Assembly: GCA_965206765.1 (NCBI GenBank)
Contig: OZ242222.1
Location: 1,191,165-1,255,164 of the forward strand
DNA from: Candidatus Multivorans sp.
Lineage (GTDB): Bacteria; Acidobacteriota; Thermoanaerobaculia; Multivoradales; Multivoraceae
Length of the DNA stretch: 64,000 bases
Reading direction: 5' to 3'
Part shown: in pieces, positions 50,238-60,600 of the stretch
How positions within the stretch are numbered: the stretch's first letter is position 1
Layout of the letters: every line of letters starts with the position of its first letter
Position numbers and translations under genes: made by a program
The notes under the pieces: model-generated
Databases searched by the model: none
Seen by the model: the letters and a program-made list of their open reading frames with translations, nothing else
What the model was told of the DNA's origin: nothing

Positions 50238-52023
50238 GCAATCCCAGGTCGAGCAACTGCTCCTGGTCGACGGTCGATGGCGCTTCGGTCATCAGGCAGA
50301 CCGCCGACGCCGTCTTCGGGAAGGCAATCACGTCGCGCAGCGAGTTGGCGCCGGCCATCAGCATGACGATCCGGTCGACTCCGAGGGCCACGCCACCGTG
50401 CGGCGGCGCGCCGTAGCGCAGGGCCTCGAACAGGAAGCCGAAGCGCCGCTCCGCCTCTTCAGAGTCGATTCCAAGCAGGGCGAGCACCCGCTTCTGCAGT
50501 GCCTGGTCGTGGATCCGGATCGAGCCGCCACCGACCTCGTTGCCATTGAGCACCACGTCATAGGCGCGCGATCGCACCGACCCCGGGTCGCTCTCCAAGC
50601 GGTCGAGGTCGGACATGCGCGGCGAGGTGAACGGATGGTGGGTCGCGTTCCAGCGCCCATCGTCGCCGTTCCATTCGACCAGGGGGAAGTCGTGTACCCA
50701 CAGGAACTCGTGCGCGTCCTCGCGCATGTGTCCGAAGCGCCGGCCCACCTCGACCCGCAGCGCGCCGAGCGCCGCCGCCGCGGTCGGCGCGGGCGCCGCG
50801 ACCAGGAGTCCCATGCCGCCCTCCTCGACGCCGAGACGGTCGGCGAGGCTCTCGACCTGCGCCGGCGTCAGGGCGTTCTTGACCAGGAACGAGGGCACGC
50901 CGTTCTCGCGCTTGACCCAGAGCACTCCCTGGGCGCCCTGGCGACGGCCGATGTCGGCGTACTCGTCGACCTGGCGCCGGCTCGATCCGGCGGCGCCCGG
51001 TATGTGGACGCCCCGCACCACGCCGCCCGCGCCGATCGCCGCCCGGAAGGCGCGGAACTCCGTCTCTCGCAGGCGGTCCGTCACGTCCGTGATCTCGAGT
51101 CCGACCCGCAGGTCGGGACGATCCGAGCCGTAGCGCGCCACCGCGTCGTCGTAGGAGAGCCGCGGGTAGGAGGCCGGCGGCTCGATCCCGGCGAGCGGGA
51201 ACACCCGCGAGAACAGCCCTTCGACCAGGCGGAACACGTCCTCCTCCTCGATGAAGGACATCTCGACATCGATCTGTGTGAACTCCGGCTGCCGGTCGGC
51301 GCGCAGATCCTCATCGCGGAAGCAGCGCGCGAACTGCACGTAGCGCTCGAGGCCGCTCACCATCAGGATCTGCTTGAACAACTGCGGTGACTGGGGCAGG
51401 GCGTAGAATCTGCCGTGGTTCAGGCGGCTCGGCACGAGGTAGTCGCGGGCGCCCTCCGGGGTCGAGCGGGTGAGCATCGGCGTTTCGACGTTGATGAAGC
51501 CCTGCTCGCGGAAGTAGTTCAGGCTCTCGATCGTGAAGTCGGAGCGCAGCCTCAGGTTGCGCTGCAACCCCTCCCGGCGCAAATCGAGGAACCGGTACTT
51601 GAGACGGGTTTCCTCGCTCGCGTCCGCCGCACCCTCGATCGCGAACGGCATCGGCTCGGAACGAGCCAGGATCCGCCCCTGCCGGACCTGCACCTCGATT
51701 TCGCCGGTGGCCATCTTCGGGTTGACCTTGTCCGGGTCGCGGCGCACGACCTCGCCCTCGACCTCGACGACGTACTCGAGCCGCGCGGGTTGCAAGGCCT
51801 CGGCCGTCTCAGGCGTGCTCTCGGGGTGGACGACGGCCTGCACGACGCCGCTCCGGTCGCGCACGTCGAGGAAGATCACGCCGCCGTGATCGCGCCGGCG
51901 ATGGACCCACCCCTGGACCTTCGCCTGCTCGCCGACCTGCTCGGTGGTCAGGGTTCCTGCCTTGGTTCTGTTCACGTGCTTGTCCGTTGGTTCTGTCTGC
52001 CTGCTTTCGCCCCGGCTCTCCAT
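50203..52023 (-). CDS. aspS: Aspartate--tRNA ligase
   Basis: OB-fold N-domain (GWVHRRRDHGGVIFLDVRDRSG) and class II motifs (FRDEDLRADRQPEF, GGVALGVDRIVMLM). The start is probably the internal M at 52023. Confidence 0.85.
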   Translation of the reverse strand: MESRGESRQTEPTDKHVNRTKAGTLTTEQVGEQAKVQGWVHRRRDHGGVIFLDVRDRSGVVQAVVHPESTPETAEALQPARLEYVVEVEGEVVRRDPDKVNPKMATGEIEVQVRQGRILARSEPMPFAIEGAADASEETRLKYRFLDLRREGLQRNLRLRSDFTIESLNYFREQGFINVETPMLTRSTPEGARDYLVPSRLNHGRFYALPQSPQLFKQILMVSGLERYVQFARCFRDEDLRADRQPEFTQIDVEMSFIEEEDVFRLVEGLFSRVFPLAGIEPPASYPRLSYDDAVARYGSDRPDLRVGLEITDVTDRLRETEFRAFRAAIGAGGVVRGVHIPGAAGSSRRQVDEYADIGRRQGAQGVLWVKRENGVPSFLVKNALTPAQVESLADRLGVEEGGMGLLVAAPAPTAAAALGALRVEVGRRFGHMREDAHEFLWVHDFPLVEWNGDDGRWNATHHPFTSPRMSDLDRLESDPGSVRSRAYDVVLNGNEVGGGSIRIHDQALQKRVLALLGIDSEEAERRFGFLFEALRYGAPPHGGVALGVDRIVMLMAGANSLRDVIAFPKTASAVCLMTEAPSTVDQEQLLDLGLRVRPRGSAQGG

Positions 52024-52064
52024 CAATCGGCTGCCGGCCCGCGAAGCCCCCGATCCTCGCACAA

Positions 52065-53369
52065 CTAGGGCTGCTCGTCAGGACGTACCTTCGCTGCAAC
52101 CGCAGCCGCGAAACCATCCCGCGGAATCGTCTCCTGGGTGCTGTCGTAGAAATCCCTCAACACGACCTCTCCGTTCTTCTCTTCGTCCTCGCCAAAGAGC
52201 ACGACCCACCGACAGTCGTGGCGGGACGCCTGTTTCAGCCGAGCCTTGAGAGGCCGCAGAGAATCGAATTCACAGATCGCAGGGATACCGGCGGCGCGCA
52301 ACTCCTGCGCCAACACCATGCCGTGCCGACGGTACGAGCCGCCGATCGGAATCACGCACACGGGTCTCCGGCGAAGGTCCTCGGCGTTCAGGCGCGCAAA
52401 GGCTCCGGGGATCTTCAGTACGAGGTCGACCAGCCGATCCTGACCGATCGCGAAACCGATTCCGGGCACACTCGGACCGCCAAGTTCGGCGATCAAACCA
52501 TCGTAGCGACCGCCGCCCAGGATCGCGTTCTGCGCGCCCAAGCCCGCAGATGTGATCTCGAACACAGTCCGGGTGTAGTAGTCGAGGCCGCGCACGAGCT
52601 TGTCCTCTACCCGGTGGGCGACACCGGCCTGGACCAGTTGCTCGCGCACCTCCTGGAAGTGGTCGTGAGCCCGACCGCCCAAGTCATCGGACAACCGCGG
52701 GGCGTTCTCGAGCAACTCTCGCTCCTTGGGCGCCTTCGTGTCCAGGATGCGGAGGGGATTCGTCTCCAGCCGTCGCCGGCTGTCCCCGCCCAGTTCGTCA
52801 CGGTACGGTTCGAGGAACTCCCGCAGGCGCTGGGAGTACCGCTGTCTGCATTCCACATCGCCGACCGAGTTGAGGCCCACCTCCAGGTCCTCGAACCCGA
52901 GTTCCTCCAGGAAGCGCACCAGCATGACGAGAAGCTCGACGTCGCTGTAGGGACCCGGATCGCCGATCAGCTCGGCGCCAATCTGGTGGAACTGACGGTA
53001 GCGGCCTTCCTGGGGGCGCTCGTAGCGAAAGTACGGCCCCATGTAGAAGACCTTGACTGGCTGCGGCCCCGACGCCCAGTTGTTCTGCAGGTAGGCGCGC
53101 GCCACCGGCGCCGTGCCTTCCGGGCGGAGCGTCAGGCTACGCCCCTTCTTGTCGTCGAAGGTGTACATCTGCTTGCCGACGATCTCGCTGCCCTCGCCCA
53201 CGCCGCGCACAAACAGCTCCGTCTCCTCCACGATCGGTGTGCGCACCTCGTCGTAGCCGTAGAGGGAGAACACCTCTCGCGCCTTCTCCTCCACAAACGC
53301 AAAGGCAGGGGCCTTGTTGACCAGGTCGTGCATTCCCTTGACGGTCTGGAATCGTCGCTTCGCAGCCAT
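52065..53369 (-). CDS. hisS: Histidine--tRNA ligase
   Basis: Start MAAKRRFQTVKGMHD, class II motifs and an anticodon-binding C-domain. Confidence 0.85.
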   Translation of the reverse strand: MAAKRRFQTVKGMHDLVNKAPAFAFVEEKAREVFSLYGYDEVRTPIVEETELFVRGVGEGSEIVGKQMYTFDDKKGRSLTLRPEGTAPVARAYLQNNWASGPQPVKVFYMGPYFRYERPQEGRYRQFHQIGAELIGDPGPYSDVELLVMLVRFLEELGFEDLEVGLNSVGDVECRQRYSQRLREFLEPYRDELGGDSRRRLETNPLRILDTKAPKERELLENAPRLSDDLGGRAHDHFQEVREQLVQAGVAHRVEDKLVRGLDYYTRTVFEITSAGLGAQNAILGGGRYDGLIAELGGPSVPGIGFAIGQDRLVDLVLKIPGAFARLNAEDLRRRPVCVIPIGGSYRRHGMVLAQELRAAGIPAICEFDSLRPLKARLKQASRHDCRWVVLFGEDEEKNGEVVLRDFYDSTQETIPRDGFAAAVAAKVRPDEQP

Positions 53370-53437
53370 AGGGGCTGATCGTATCCATCCCCCGCTGCAT
53401 AGGGGCACTGGTAGCGAGCTTCAACCGCGAAACAAGC

Positions 53438-53490
53438 CAGCGCTTCGGACCGGATGCGGGCAGGATGCCCGCGTTCCCAGGATCGGAGCG
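53438..53490. repeat. Dispersed single copy of the 45975..46150 repeat unit (GGATGCGGGCAGGATGCCCGCGTTCCCAGGA)
   Basis: About 85% identical to the third unit of the tandem array, with the same hairpin and GTTCCCAGG flank. It is intergenic, between hisS and the Uma2 gene. Confidence 0.8.
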
Positions 53491-53515
53491 ACAGCTCAGT
53501 CCGCGGCGCAGGCCC

Positions 53516-54112
53516 TCATCTGTCCGAGAACTTCCGGTCGACCGCGGCCCAGAGTTCGTCCATGTTCAACTCGATCTCCGGCACAGCGGCCGACTGGTAG
53601 CTGGAGCCCTCCGGCGCACGCTCGGCAAAGCCCTCGCCGTCGTGAACCAGGAACGCGATCCGGCGCTGCCGCGGATCGACAATCCAGTACTCACCTACAC
53701 CGGCCGCGGCATAGAGGTCGAGCTTGTGGACCCGGTCGCGTGACGCCGTCGAAGGCGACAGCACCTCGACCAGGAGATCCGGCGCGCCTTCCATCCAGTC
53801 CTGAACAATCTCGCTCCGCTCCGGGGAGACGTAGATCACGTCGGGCTGGACCACCGAATGATCCGCCAGGTGGACATCCATCGGCGCCACGATCGCAGCG
53901 CCGCCGGTGCGATCCGCCGCGTCGAGGAAGAGCCGGAACAGATAGCCGACGATGAACTGGTGGAGGAAGATTGGGCTGGGACTCAGGTAGAACCTCCCGC
54001 GGATCAACTCGCAGCGGGGTTCATCGGGGAGGGCCATGTAGTCGCGGCGGCGGTACGGCCCCAAACTGTGCGGCAGCGTCCGCGGCGGCCGGTCGAGCAG
54101 CGTCACGGTCAT
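53516..54112 (-). CDS. Uma2 family (DUF820) PD-(D/E)XK endonuclease
   Basis: 198 aa with motifs PDV.YV ... EVLSPST ... YW.VD typical of Uma2/DUF820. Confidence 0.7.
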   Translation of the reverse strand: MTVTLLDRPPRTLPHSLGPYRRRDYMALPDEPRCELIRGRFYLSPSPIFLHQFIVGYLFRLFLDAADRTGGAAIVAPMDVHLADHSVVQPDVIYVSPERSEIVQDWMEGAPDLLVEVLSPSTASRDRVHKLDLYAAAGVGEYWIVDPRQRRIAFLVHDGEGFAERAPEGSSYQSAAVPEIELNMDELWAAVDRKFSDR

Positions 54113-54201
54113 GCGGAGGAGTATACGGAGCCAACGGTCCCCGGCGTCTAGTCAGGCGCACAGGTAGCCAGGTGGTAGCGTCCCGCCGAGGACGGATACC
54201 G

Positions 54202-55332
54202 GTGCAGATCGAACTCTCGGAACGCCAGCGCGCGACCGTCGCTGCCGCGGCGACGATCGCCGCGGCAGCCGTCATCCTGGCCGCCGTGGCGTTGCTGTTC
54301 TGGGCCATCGGCACCTTCTTCGCCGCCTTTTCGAGCGTCTTCCTGCCGCTGGCGGTCGCGGCCGTGCTGGCGTTCGTGCTCCGGCCGTACTACGAACTGC
54401 TCAACGAACGGCTACGGTTCCCGAAGATCCTGGCGGTGGCCGCGGTGCTGCTGTCCCTGCTCATCCCCGTCGTCGGCTTCGCCTGGTTCTTCGGCGCCAT
54501 GGCGGCGTCACAGATCGACGAACTCTTCGAAGCGCTACCGGCCGCGTGGGACCGCATCGTCGACTGGACGGCCGCGATCTCGCCTGTGGTGACCGAGTTC
54601 CTGGAAACGAATTCGGTCGCAATCCAGGTGCGGGAGGCGTTCGAGGGCGGAGAGTCGAACCTGCTCTCGAGCCTCGGCAGCGTCGGCGATACGGCAGTGG
54701 AGGTACTCCAGAGCATCGCCGCCGCCCTCGCCTCGCTCTTCGCCTGGGCGGTGCTGCCGGTGTATCTCTGCTTCTTCCTCATGGTCGAACCCGACCGGTT
54801 CCGCAAGCTCGACCACCTGTTTCCGTTCCTCAAGGCCAAGACGCGGGCCGACGTGATCTACCTGATCCAGGAGTTCATCGACATCCTGGTCGCCTTCTTC
54901 CGCGGCCAGCTCGTCATCGCCTTCCTCCAGGGCGCGCTGTTCGCCATCGGCTTCTCCATCGCCGGGCTGCGCTACGGCCTGGTCCTGGGCCTGATGCTGG
55001 GCTTCCTCAACATCATTCCGTACCTGGGCAGCATCGTCGGTCTGGCCGTGGCGCTGCCGATCGCCTACTGGCAGGAAGGCGGCGGCCTCCAGCTCGTGAT
55101 CTGGGTGGTGGTCGTCTTCACGCTCGTCCAGCTCATCGAGGCCTACGTGCTGACCCCGCGGATCATGGGCGACCGCACGGGGCTGCACCCGATGGCGATC
55201 ATCGTCGCCGTCTTCTTCTGGGGCTCGGCCCTCAACGGCATCGCCGGCATGATCCTGGCGATTCCGTTGACCGCCTTCCTGGTCGTGTTCTGGCGGTTGG
55301 CAAGGGAGCGCTACATCGGCGAGGTCTTGTAG
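54202..55332 (+). CDS. AI-2E family transporter (UPF0118 / PerM-TqsA-like permease)
   Basis: About 8 TM helices. The C-terminal ...GMILAIPLTAFLVVFWRL is typical of the family. GTG start near 54202. Confidence 0.7.
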   Translation: MQIELSERQRATVAAAATIAAAAVILAAVALLFWAIGTFFAAFSSVFLPLAVAAVLAFVLRPYYELLNERLRFPKILAVAAVLLSLLIPVVGFAWFFGAMAASQIDELFEALPAAWDRIVDWTAAISPVVTEFLETNSVAIQVREAFEGGESNLLSSLGSVGDTAVEVLQSIAAALASLFAWAVLPVYLCFFLMVEPDRFRKLDHLFPFLKAKTRADVIYLIQEFIDILVAFFRGQLVIAFLQGALFAIGFSIAGLRYGLVLGLMLGFLNIIPYLGSIVGLAVALPIAYWQEGGGLQLVIWVVVVFTLVQLIEAYVLTPRIMGDRTGLHPMAIIVAVFFWGSALNGIAGMILAIPLTAFLVVFWRLARERYIGEVL

Positions 55333-55469
55333 GCCCCGGCCCGCAAGGACGGAGCCAAGGCCCGACCACCGCCGAGATCTCCCAGCAACCGCCAAGGACC
55401 CCCACGGCTTGGCGCCGTCGCCAGCTTGCTGCAGTGTAACGAGACGTTACATGGTAACCTGCCGAAACC

Positions 55470-56198
55470 ATGTTGCCGGGACACCACAAGGGCGCGGCTC
55501 TACTCTCGATCAAGCTCACCGCGCGGCTGGCAGGAGTAACGGTGCCGGCAGTGAGGGCAGCCATCCGCCGCGAACGGCTCAAGGCGGTGACGCTGGCCGA
55601 GGCAGAGAGCACCGCTGTGCGATTCGTCGATCTACGCGAAGCCGCTCGTTACTACGGGTGGCCTCCGGCGCTGGTCAACCGCCTGGAGGACGAGTGGAGA
55701 ACAGGCGTTCCGGACGGAGAAGCCGTATACAAACTCGACCACGATGCCGACGCGCCCGACAGCGAGACGCACAGCCTTGACGCCGTCGCCGCTCAACCCA
55801 CTACCAACGAGCCGCACAACACCCACACAGAGACGGTACCGACAAGGGCTACCGACTCGGCCACTCAGGCCGAAGATGTCACCCGCGCGCCGGATCTGGC
55901 GCCCGAGCCGACATCGGCCGGCCATGCGTGGGAGCGCGCGGTGACAGAGTCGGCCAGCGCCAGCCAGAAACCGGGCGATCCTCCCCCAGGCTTCAGGCTC
56001 GTTCTGCCTCGAAAGACCGCGAAGCTCCAAGCGAGGGAGGTGTACGACCTGGTAGTCGACGGCGAGGTCGTCGGGACGATCGCGGACAAGGGCTTTGCGA
56101 GCTACGTCAGGGAGAAGTGCTTCCGGGGCGAGGTCTTCGTGAACGGCAAGGGGGGCGTCAAGTGGCGCCCGCGCGTCCCCCTCAAGAGAAACGTGTAG
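55470..56198 (+). CDS. Hypothetical protein with an N-terminal helix-turn-helix-like segment and a Thr/Pro-rich linker
   Basis: LSIKLTARLAGVTVPAVRAAIRRERLKAV resembles an HTH. The C-terminal ~70-aa basic domain has no family I can name. Confidence 0.45.
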   Translation: MLPGHHKGAALLSIKLTARLAGVTVPAVRAAIRRERLKAVTLAEAESTAVRFVDLREAARYYGWPPALVNRLEDEWRTGVPDGEAVYKLDHDADAPDSETHSLDAVAAQPTTNEPHNTHTETVPTRATDSATQAEDVTRAPDLAPEPTSAGHAWERAVTESASASQKPGDPPPGFRLVLPRKTAKLQAREVYDLVVDGEVVGTIADKGFASYVREKCFRGEVFVNGKGGVKWRPRVPLKRNV

Positions 56199-56237
56199 CG
56201 CCATTTTCTCCTCCTGGAAAGGAGAGATAGAGCCTCT

Positions 56238-57608
56238 ATGACCCCGGACGTGGACCGCTTCCGACGCGCCTTCGACGCACAGCTTGCCGATGGGCTGCAA
56301 GACGCCGGCCCGCCATTCACGAGGCGCCGCCTCTTCGGCCAGATACAGATGCCGGGCAAAGTCACGACCGTGATCGGCATGCGACGCGCCGGCAAGACCA
56401 CGTTCCTCCAGCAGTTGAGAGCCGAGAGCATTGCGCGGGGCACCGCACCCTGGCAACTACCGTTCCTCAGGCTCGAAGAGGAGCGGTTCGCGGGACTGGA
56501 CGCCCTGTCCCTCGGAGCCTTGATCGACGAGTACCCAAGCCGCTATCTGACCGGCGCGGAGGCCGCACCCGAAGCTTGGTTCCTCGACGAGATTCAGGTC
56601 GTGCCCGGCTGGGAGCGGCTCGTGAGGCGCCTGCTCGACTCCCGGCACGCCGACTTGTACATCTCAGGATCCTCAGCCGGTCTTCTCTCCCGAGAAATTG
56701 CCACGGAGTTGCGCGGTCGCGGATGGAAAGTCCTGATCCACCCCTTCAGCTTTGAGGAAGCTCTTCGGCATGGCGGCATGACACCACCGCCCGACCCGCC
56801 GGCCGTCGCGGAGGCGGAAGCGACCCGACTGGAGTCGACCCTCCGCGAGTGGCTGCGCACCGGTGGCTTCCCGGAAGCTCAGGGACTGCCGACGGCGCCC
56901 CGACTCCAACTCCTCCGGGACTATGTGGACGTGGCCATCCTGAGGGATGTCGTCGATCGCTATGCGGTCCGCAACGTCACGGGCCTGCGCTGGCTTGCTC
57001 GCCACCTGCTGGCCAACGCCGGGTCTCCCTTCAGCGTCGAGAAATTCCACGCCAGGTTGAAGTCCCAGGCGATCGCCATAGCAAGGGACACCGTGCACGA
57101 GTACCTCTCCTATCTGGAGGACTGTTTCCTGGTGAGGACGGTATGGATCGAGGCGGATTCCGAGCGCCAACGCATGGTGAACCCACGCAAGGCGTATCCG
57201 GTCGATTCCGGGTTGATTCCCGCGTTCGACCGTACCGGGCGAGCCAACCTGGGGCACGCGCTGGAGACGGCGGTCCTCGTCGAGCTGGAGCGGCGGGGGT
57301 GCGAGGTGACCTATGTGCGTACGCCGGAGGGCTACGAAGTGGACTTCCTGGCTCGGTCGCCCAGCGGCGAGAAGGACCTGATCCAGGTATGCGCCGACGC
57401 CTCCGACGACGACGCCGCGACCCGGGAACTCCGAGCGCTGGCCGCCGCCCAAGACCGCTTTCCCAGTGCTCGCAAACGGCTGTTGACCCTGACGCGGTCG
57501 GGCCTTCCGTCCGAAGTACCCTCTGGGGTTGAAGCCCAACCGGCGCATGAGTGGCTACTCGGCGACTCGCCAAGCTTTGGGGAACCGCCCCCACGGGGTT
57601 GGCTGTAG
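56238..57608 (+). CDS. AAA-superfamily ATPase with a C-terminal DUF4143 (predicted PD-(D/E)xK-like) domain, COG1373-type
   Basis: Walker A GMRRAGKTT and Walker B WFLDEIQ, plus the C-terminal EVDFL...GEKDLIQV region. Confidence 0.7.
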   Translation: MTPDVDRFRRAFDAQLADGLQDAGPPFTRRRLFGQIQMPGKVTTVIGMRRAGKTTFLQQLRAESIARGTAPWQLPFLRLEEERFAGLDALSLGALIDEYPSRYLTGAEAAPEAWFLDEIQVVPGWERLVRRLLDSRHADLYISGSSAGLLSREIATELRGRGWKVLIHPFSFEEALRHGGMTPPPDPPAVAEAEATRLESTLREWLRTGGFPEAQGLPTAPRLQLLRDYVDVAILRDVVDRYAVRNVTGLRWLARHLLANAGSPFSVEKFHARLKSQAIAIARDTVHEYLSYLEDCFLVRTVWIEADSERQRMVNPRKAYPVDSGLIPAFDRTGRANLGHALETAVLVELERRGCEVTYVRTPEGYEVDFLARSPSGEKDLIQVCADASDDDAATRELRALAAAQDRFPSARKRLLTLTRSGLPSEVPSGVEAQPAHEWLLGDSPSFGEPPPRGWL

Positions 57609-57628
57609 TCGCCGAGCGCGACCATCGA

Positions 57629-60600
57629 CTACAGCAACACCAGGCGCCCCGACGCCGGCGCGCCCGTCAGTTGCTCCAGCGCATAGCAGTACCAGCGCAC
57701 CTGGCGACGGTACGCATCGCCCCGCGGAACGGCCTCGGCGCCGGCCTCGCCACCACCAACCGGCGCGTCGAGATCGGCCAGATCCGTCTTCCAGTCGACG
57801 ACGATCCACCGGTTGTCCTCATCCAGGTAGGCGAGATCGATCGTTCCCTCGACGATTCCGCGGCCGTCCTTGCCGTCTTCGCTGCCTACTTCCGAGACGG
57901 GTAGAGGCAAGACGAACGGGGTCTCGCGCAGCACCCGCGGCGAGTCCCGAGCGGCGTGCGCGGCCGGACTCGCGAGGGCGGCCGACACCGCCGCAACCGC
58001 GGCTTCGATCTCCGCCGTATCGGCCGCCAGCAGCGAACCGTGCAACCCGGCCAACTCCCGGATCCGGTCCGGCTCGCCGGCAAGAGGGGTATCCCGCAGA
58101 ACGGTGTGCACCAGACTGCCGAACCGGACGCCGCCCGGGCGGTCTCGGCGACGCTCTCGTTCCTCGACCACGACCTCGGCCGCCGGCCCGGGCGGCTCGA
58201 AGTCGAGTCCGGTGACCGCTTCAGGCCGGACCGAGGGCCGACCGCCTCGCTCCAGCAGGGCCTGGTTGCGGCTTCGCCACCGTTCGAATCGCTCGCGACT
58301 CGCATCGGCGGCGGCGCCACCACCCTCGACCAGGAGATCCTCGCCCAGCAGGCCGTAGGTGGCCGGGGGCTCCTGGTTCAGAAGGTCCGCATCCCACCAG
58401 ACCACGTCGTAGTCCGGGGCGTCGTCGGCCGGGCCGTCCGTTCCGGCCGCCTTCGGGAACCGGTACCGGCCGGGTCTCACGGACTGCTCCGGCCTGCGGT
58501 CGTAGTTCGAGGGACGCACCGCCACCGACCTGTCGCCGAACTCGGGGCAGCCTTCGGCGGGCGCCGAGCCGCGCCAGGCATCCGATCCGGGGTACACGGC
58601 GTCGTTGAGGCATTCGATCCAGCCCGAACGCTTCACGTCGCCGACCGCGGGCACCACGAGCAGGTCGCGAGCTCGCGTGGCGGCCACGTACGCGACCCGG
58701 ACGCCCTCCGCTTCCTCCCTCTTGTCCTCGACCTCCGAGGCGTCGAGCAGTTCCTGCGGCGAGAGTCCGAGCAGCTTCATCGCGCAAAGCTCGTCCTCGC
58801 TGCGTACGGTCCGTTCGGCGCCGCGCGACAGCTTCGCGGTCATGTCCGCAAGGATGACGACCGGGAACTCCAGTCCCTTCGCGGTATGAACCGTCATCAC
58901 GCGGACTCCCTCGGCGTCCTCCTCGACCACCGGGGCCTGGGCGCCACCGATCCGTTCCGCCTCCTCGTCCAACTGCTCGACGAACCCACGGAACGAACGA
59001 CCGCCCGCTACCTCATAGCGGCGGGCCAGATCGCACACGCGCTGGGCGTTGCCCAGCACCTGGTTGCCGGCCGGCCGCAGCGCCATCGCAGCCTGGGCGC
59101 GCGGCTTGGCCAGGATTTCCTGGACCGTCTGCACGATTGGCCGGTAGTTCCGCCGACGGTGGAGCGTGCCGAGGAAGTCGAGGACATCGACCAGGGAGGC
59201 GAACTCCTCCGGCGGCTCGACGCACTCCCGCGCCCTGCGCGGCGAGTAGAGGGGATGCCAGTTCCCGTAGCGCGTCTTGAAGCGCAGCAACAGGTCGTCG
59301 TCGAAGGCGAACAGGGATCCACGGAGCGTCGCGTAGACGGAGAGGCGATCGTCGGGCCACTCCACGGCCGTCAGCGCCGACCGCAAGGCCTCGACCTCCT
59401 CCCGGTCGTGGAAGGAGCGAGCGCCGATCAGCAGGTGCGGAATGCCCAGCGCCTCCAGGCCGCGGACGTAGTCCCGGGCGGTGTCCTGGTTCCAGCTCAG
59501 GAAGCGCCGGAAGAGCAGGCAGATGTGCCGCGGCTGCACCGGCGTTCGCATGAAGCGACCGGGATTGTCCGGATCGGGCACCTCGACTTTCCAGCCGCTG
59601 TCCTGGATCAACCAGCGCACGAATTCGACGGTCGCGGACGGCTGGCACGCCTCGATGTCTCGCTGGGTCACGTTGCGGTAACCGTAGGGCTTCGGCGGCG
59701 GCAGCGCGACGACCTGGGGTTGGCCGGGGATCGCCTGCCGGTGCTCGCCCAGGGGGATGTAGTCGGCGCTGCCGGCGGTCCGGTCGCCGGTCATGCACGG
59801 CGCGAAGGCCGCATTGACCAGCCGCTGGATCGGCGCCACGGACCGGAAGCTGGTCGTGAGCTGCAGCGCCTGGACCCCGCGCTCAGCGAGCCTCTTCTTC
59901 ACGATCTGGTACAGCACGACATCGGCCCGGCGGAAACGGTAGATCGACTGCTTCGGATCGCCGACCAGGAACAGTTTGCCGGAAGCCGGCGTCACCTGCG
60001 TCCAGTCGTCCTCGTCCGGATCGTCGGCCGACAGCAGCAGCAGGATCTCGGCCTGCAGCGGATCCGTGTCCTGAAACTCGTCGATGAACAGGTGCCGGTA
60101 GCGCGCCTGCAGGTGGCGCCGCACCTCCCGGTCGCGGCGAAGCAGGTCGCGGGCCTTCATCAGCAGGTCGTGGAAATCGAGCTTCCCCAGCAGTCGCTTG
60201 GCGTGCTCGTAACGTTCGACGGCGCCCGATAGCTCGTCCTTCAGCAATGCGGCCAAGTCGGCATTCGCGGTCTGCTCGAACCGGCGCAGACGCTCCGAGA
60301 GCCGGCGCCAGAGCTCGAAGACCTGTTCCCGGGCGACGCCCTCAGCAAAGCCGCCCCGACCCTTGCGCGGACTCCTGAACCCGCTCAGGTCGCGCAGCAG
60401 CCTGACGAGCCTTGCTTCCAACTGGTCCTGGAACGCCTCCCGGCCGTCTGCCCGATCCCCTCGATGCGGACCGGGACCCGCCACACTCAGTTGCCGGGTG
60501 CGAACGATCCAGTTCGAGAGCTCGACCACCGGCGCCAGGTTTCGACGCAGCACGTCGCCCTGCCGGCCACAAAGAACCAGTTCTCCGAGCCGCTCGACCC

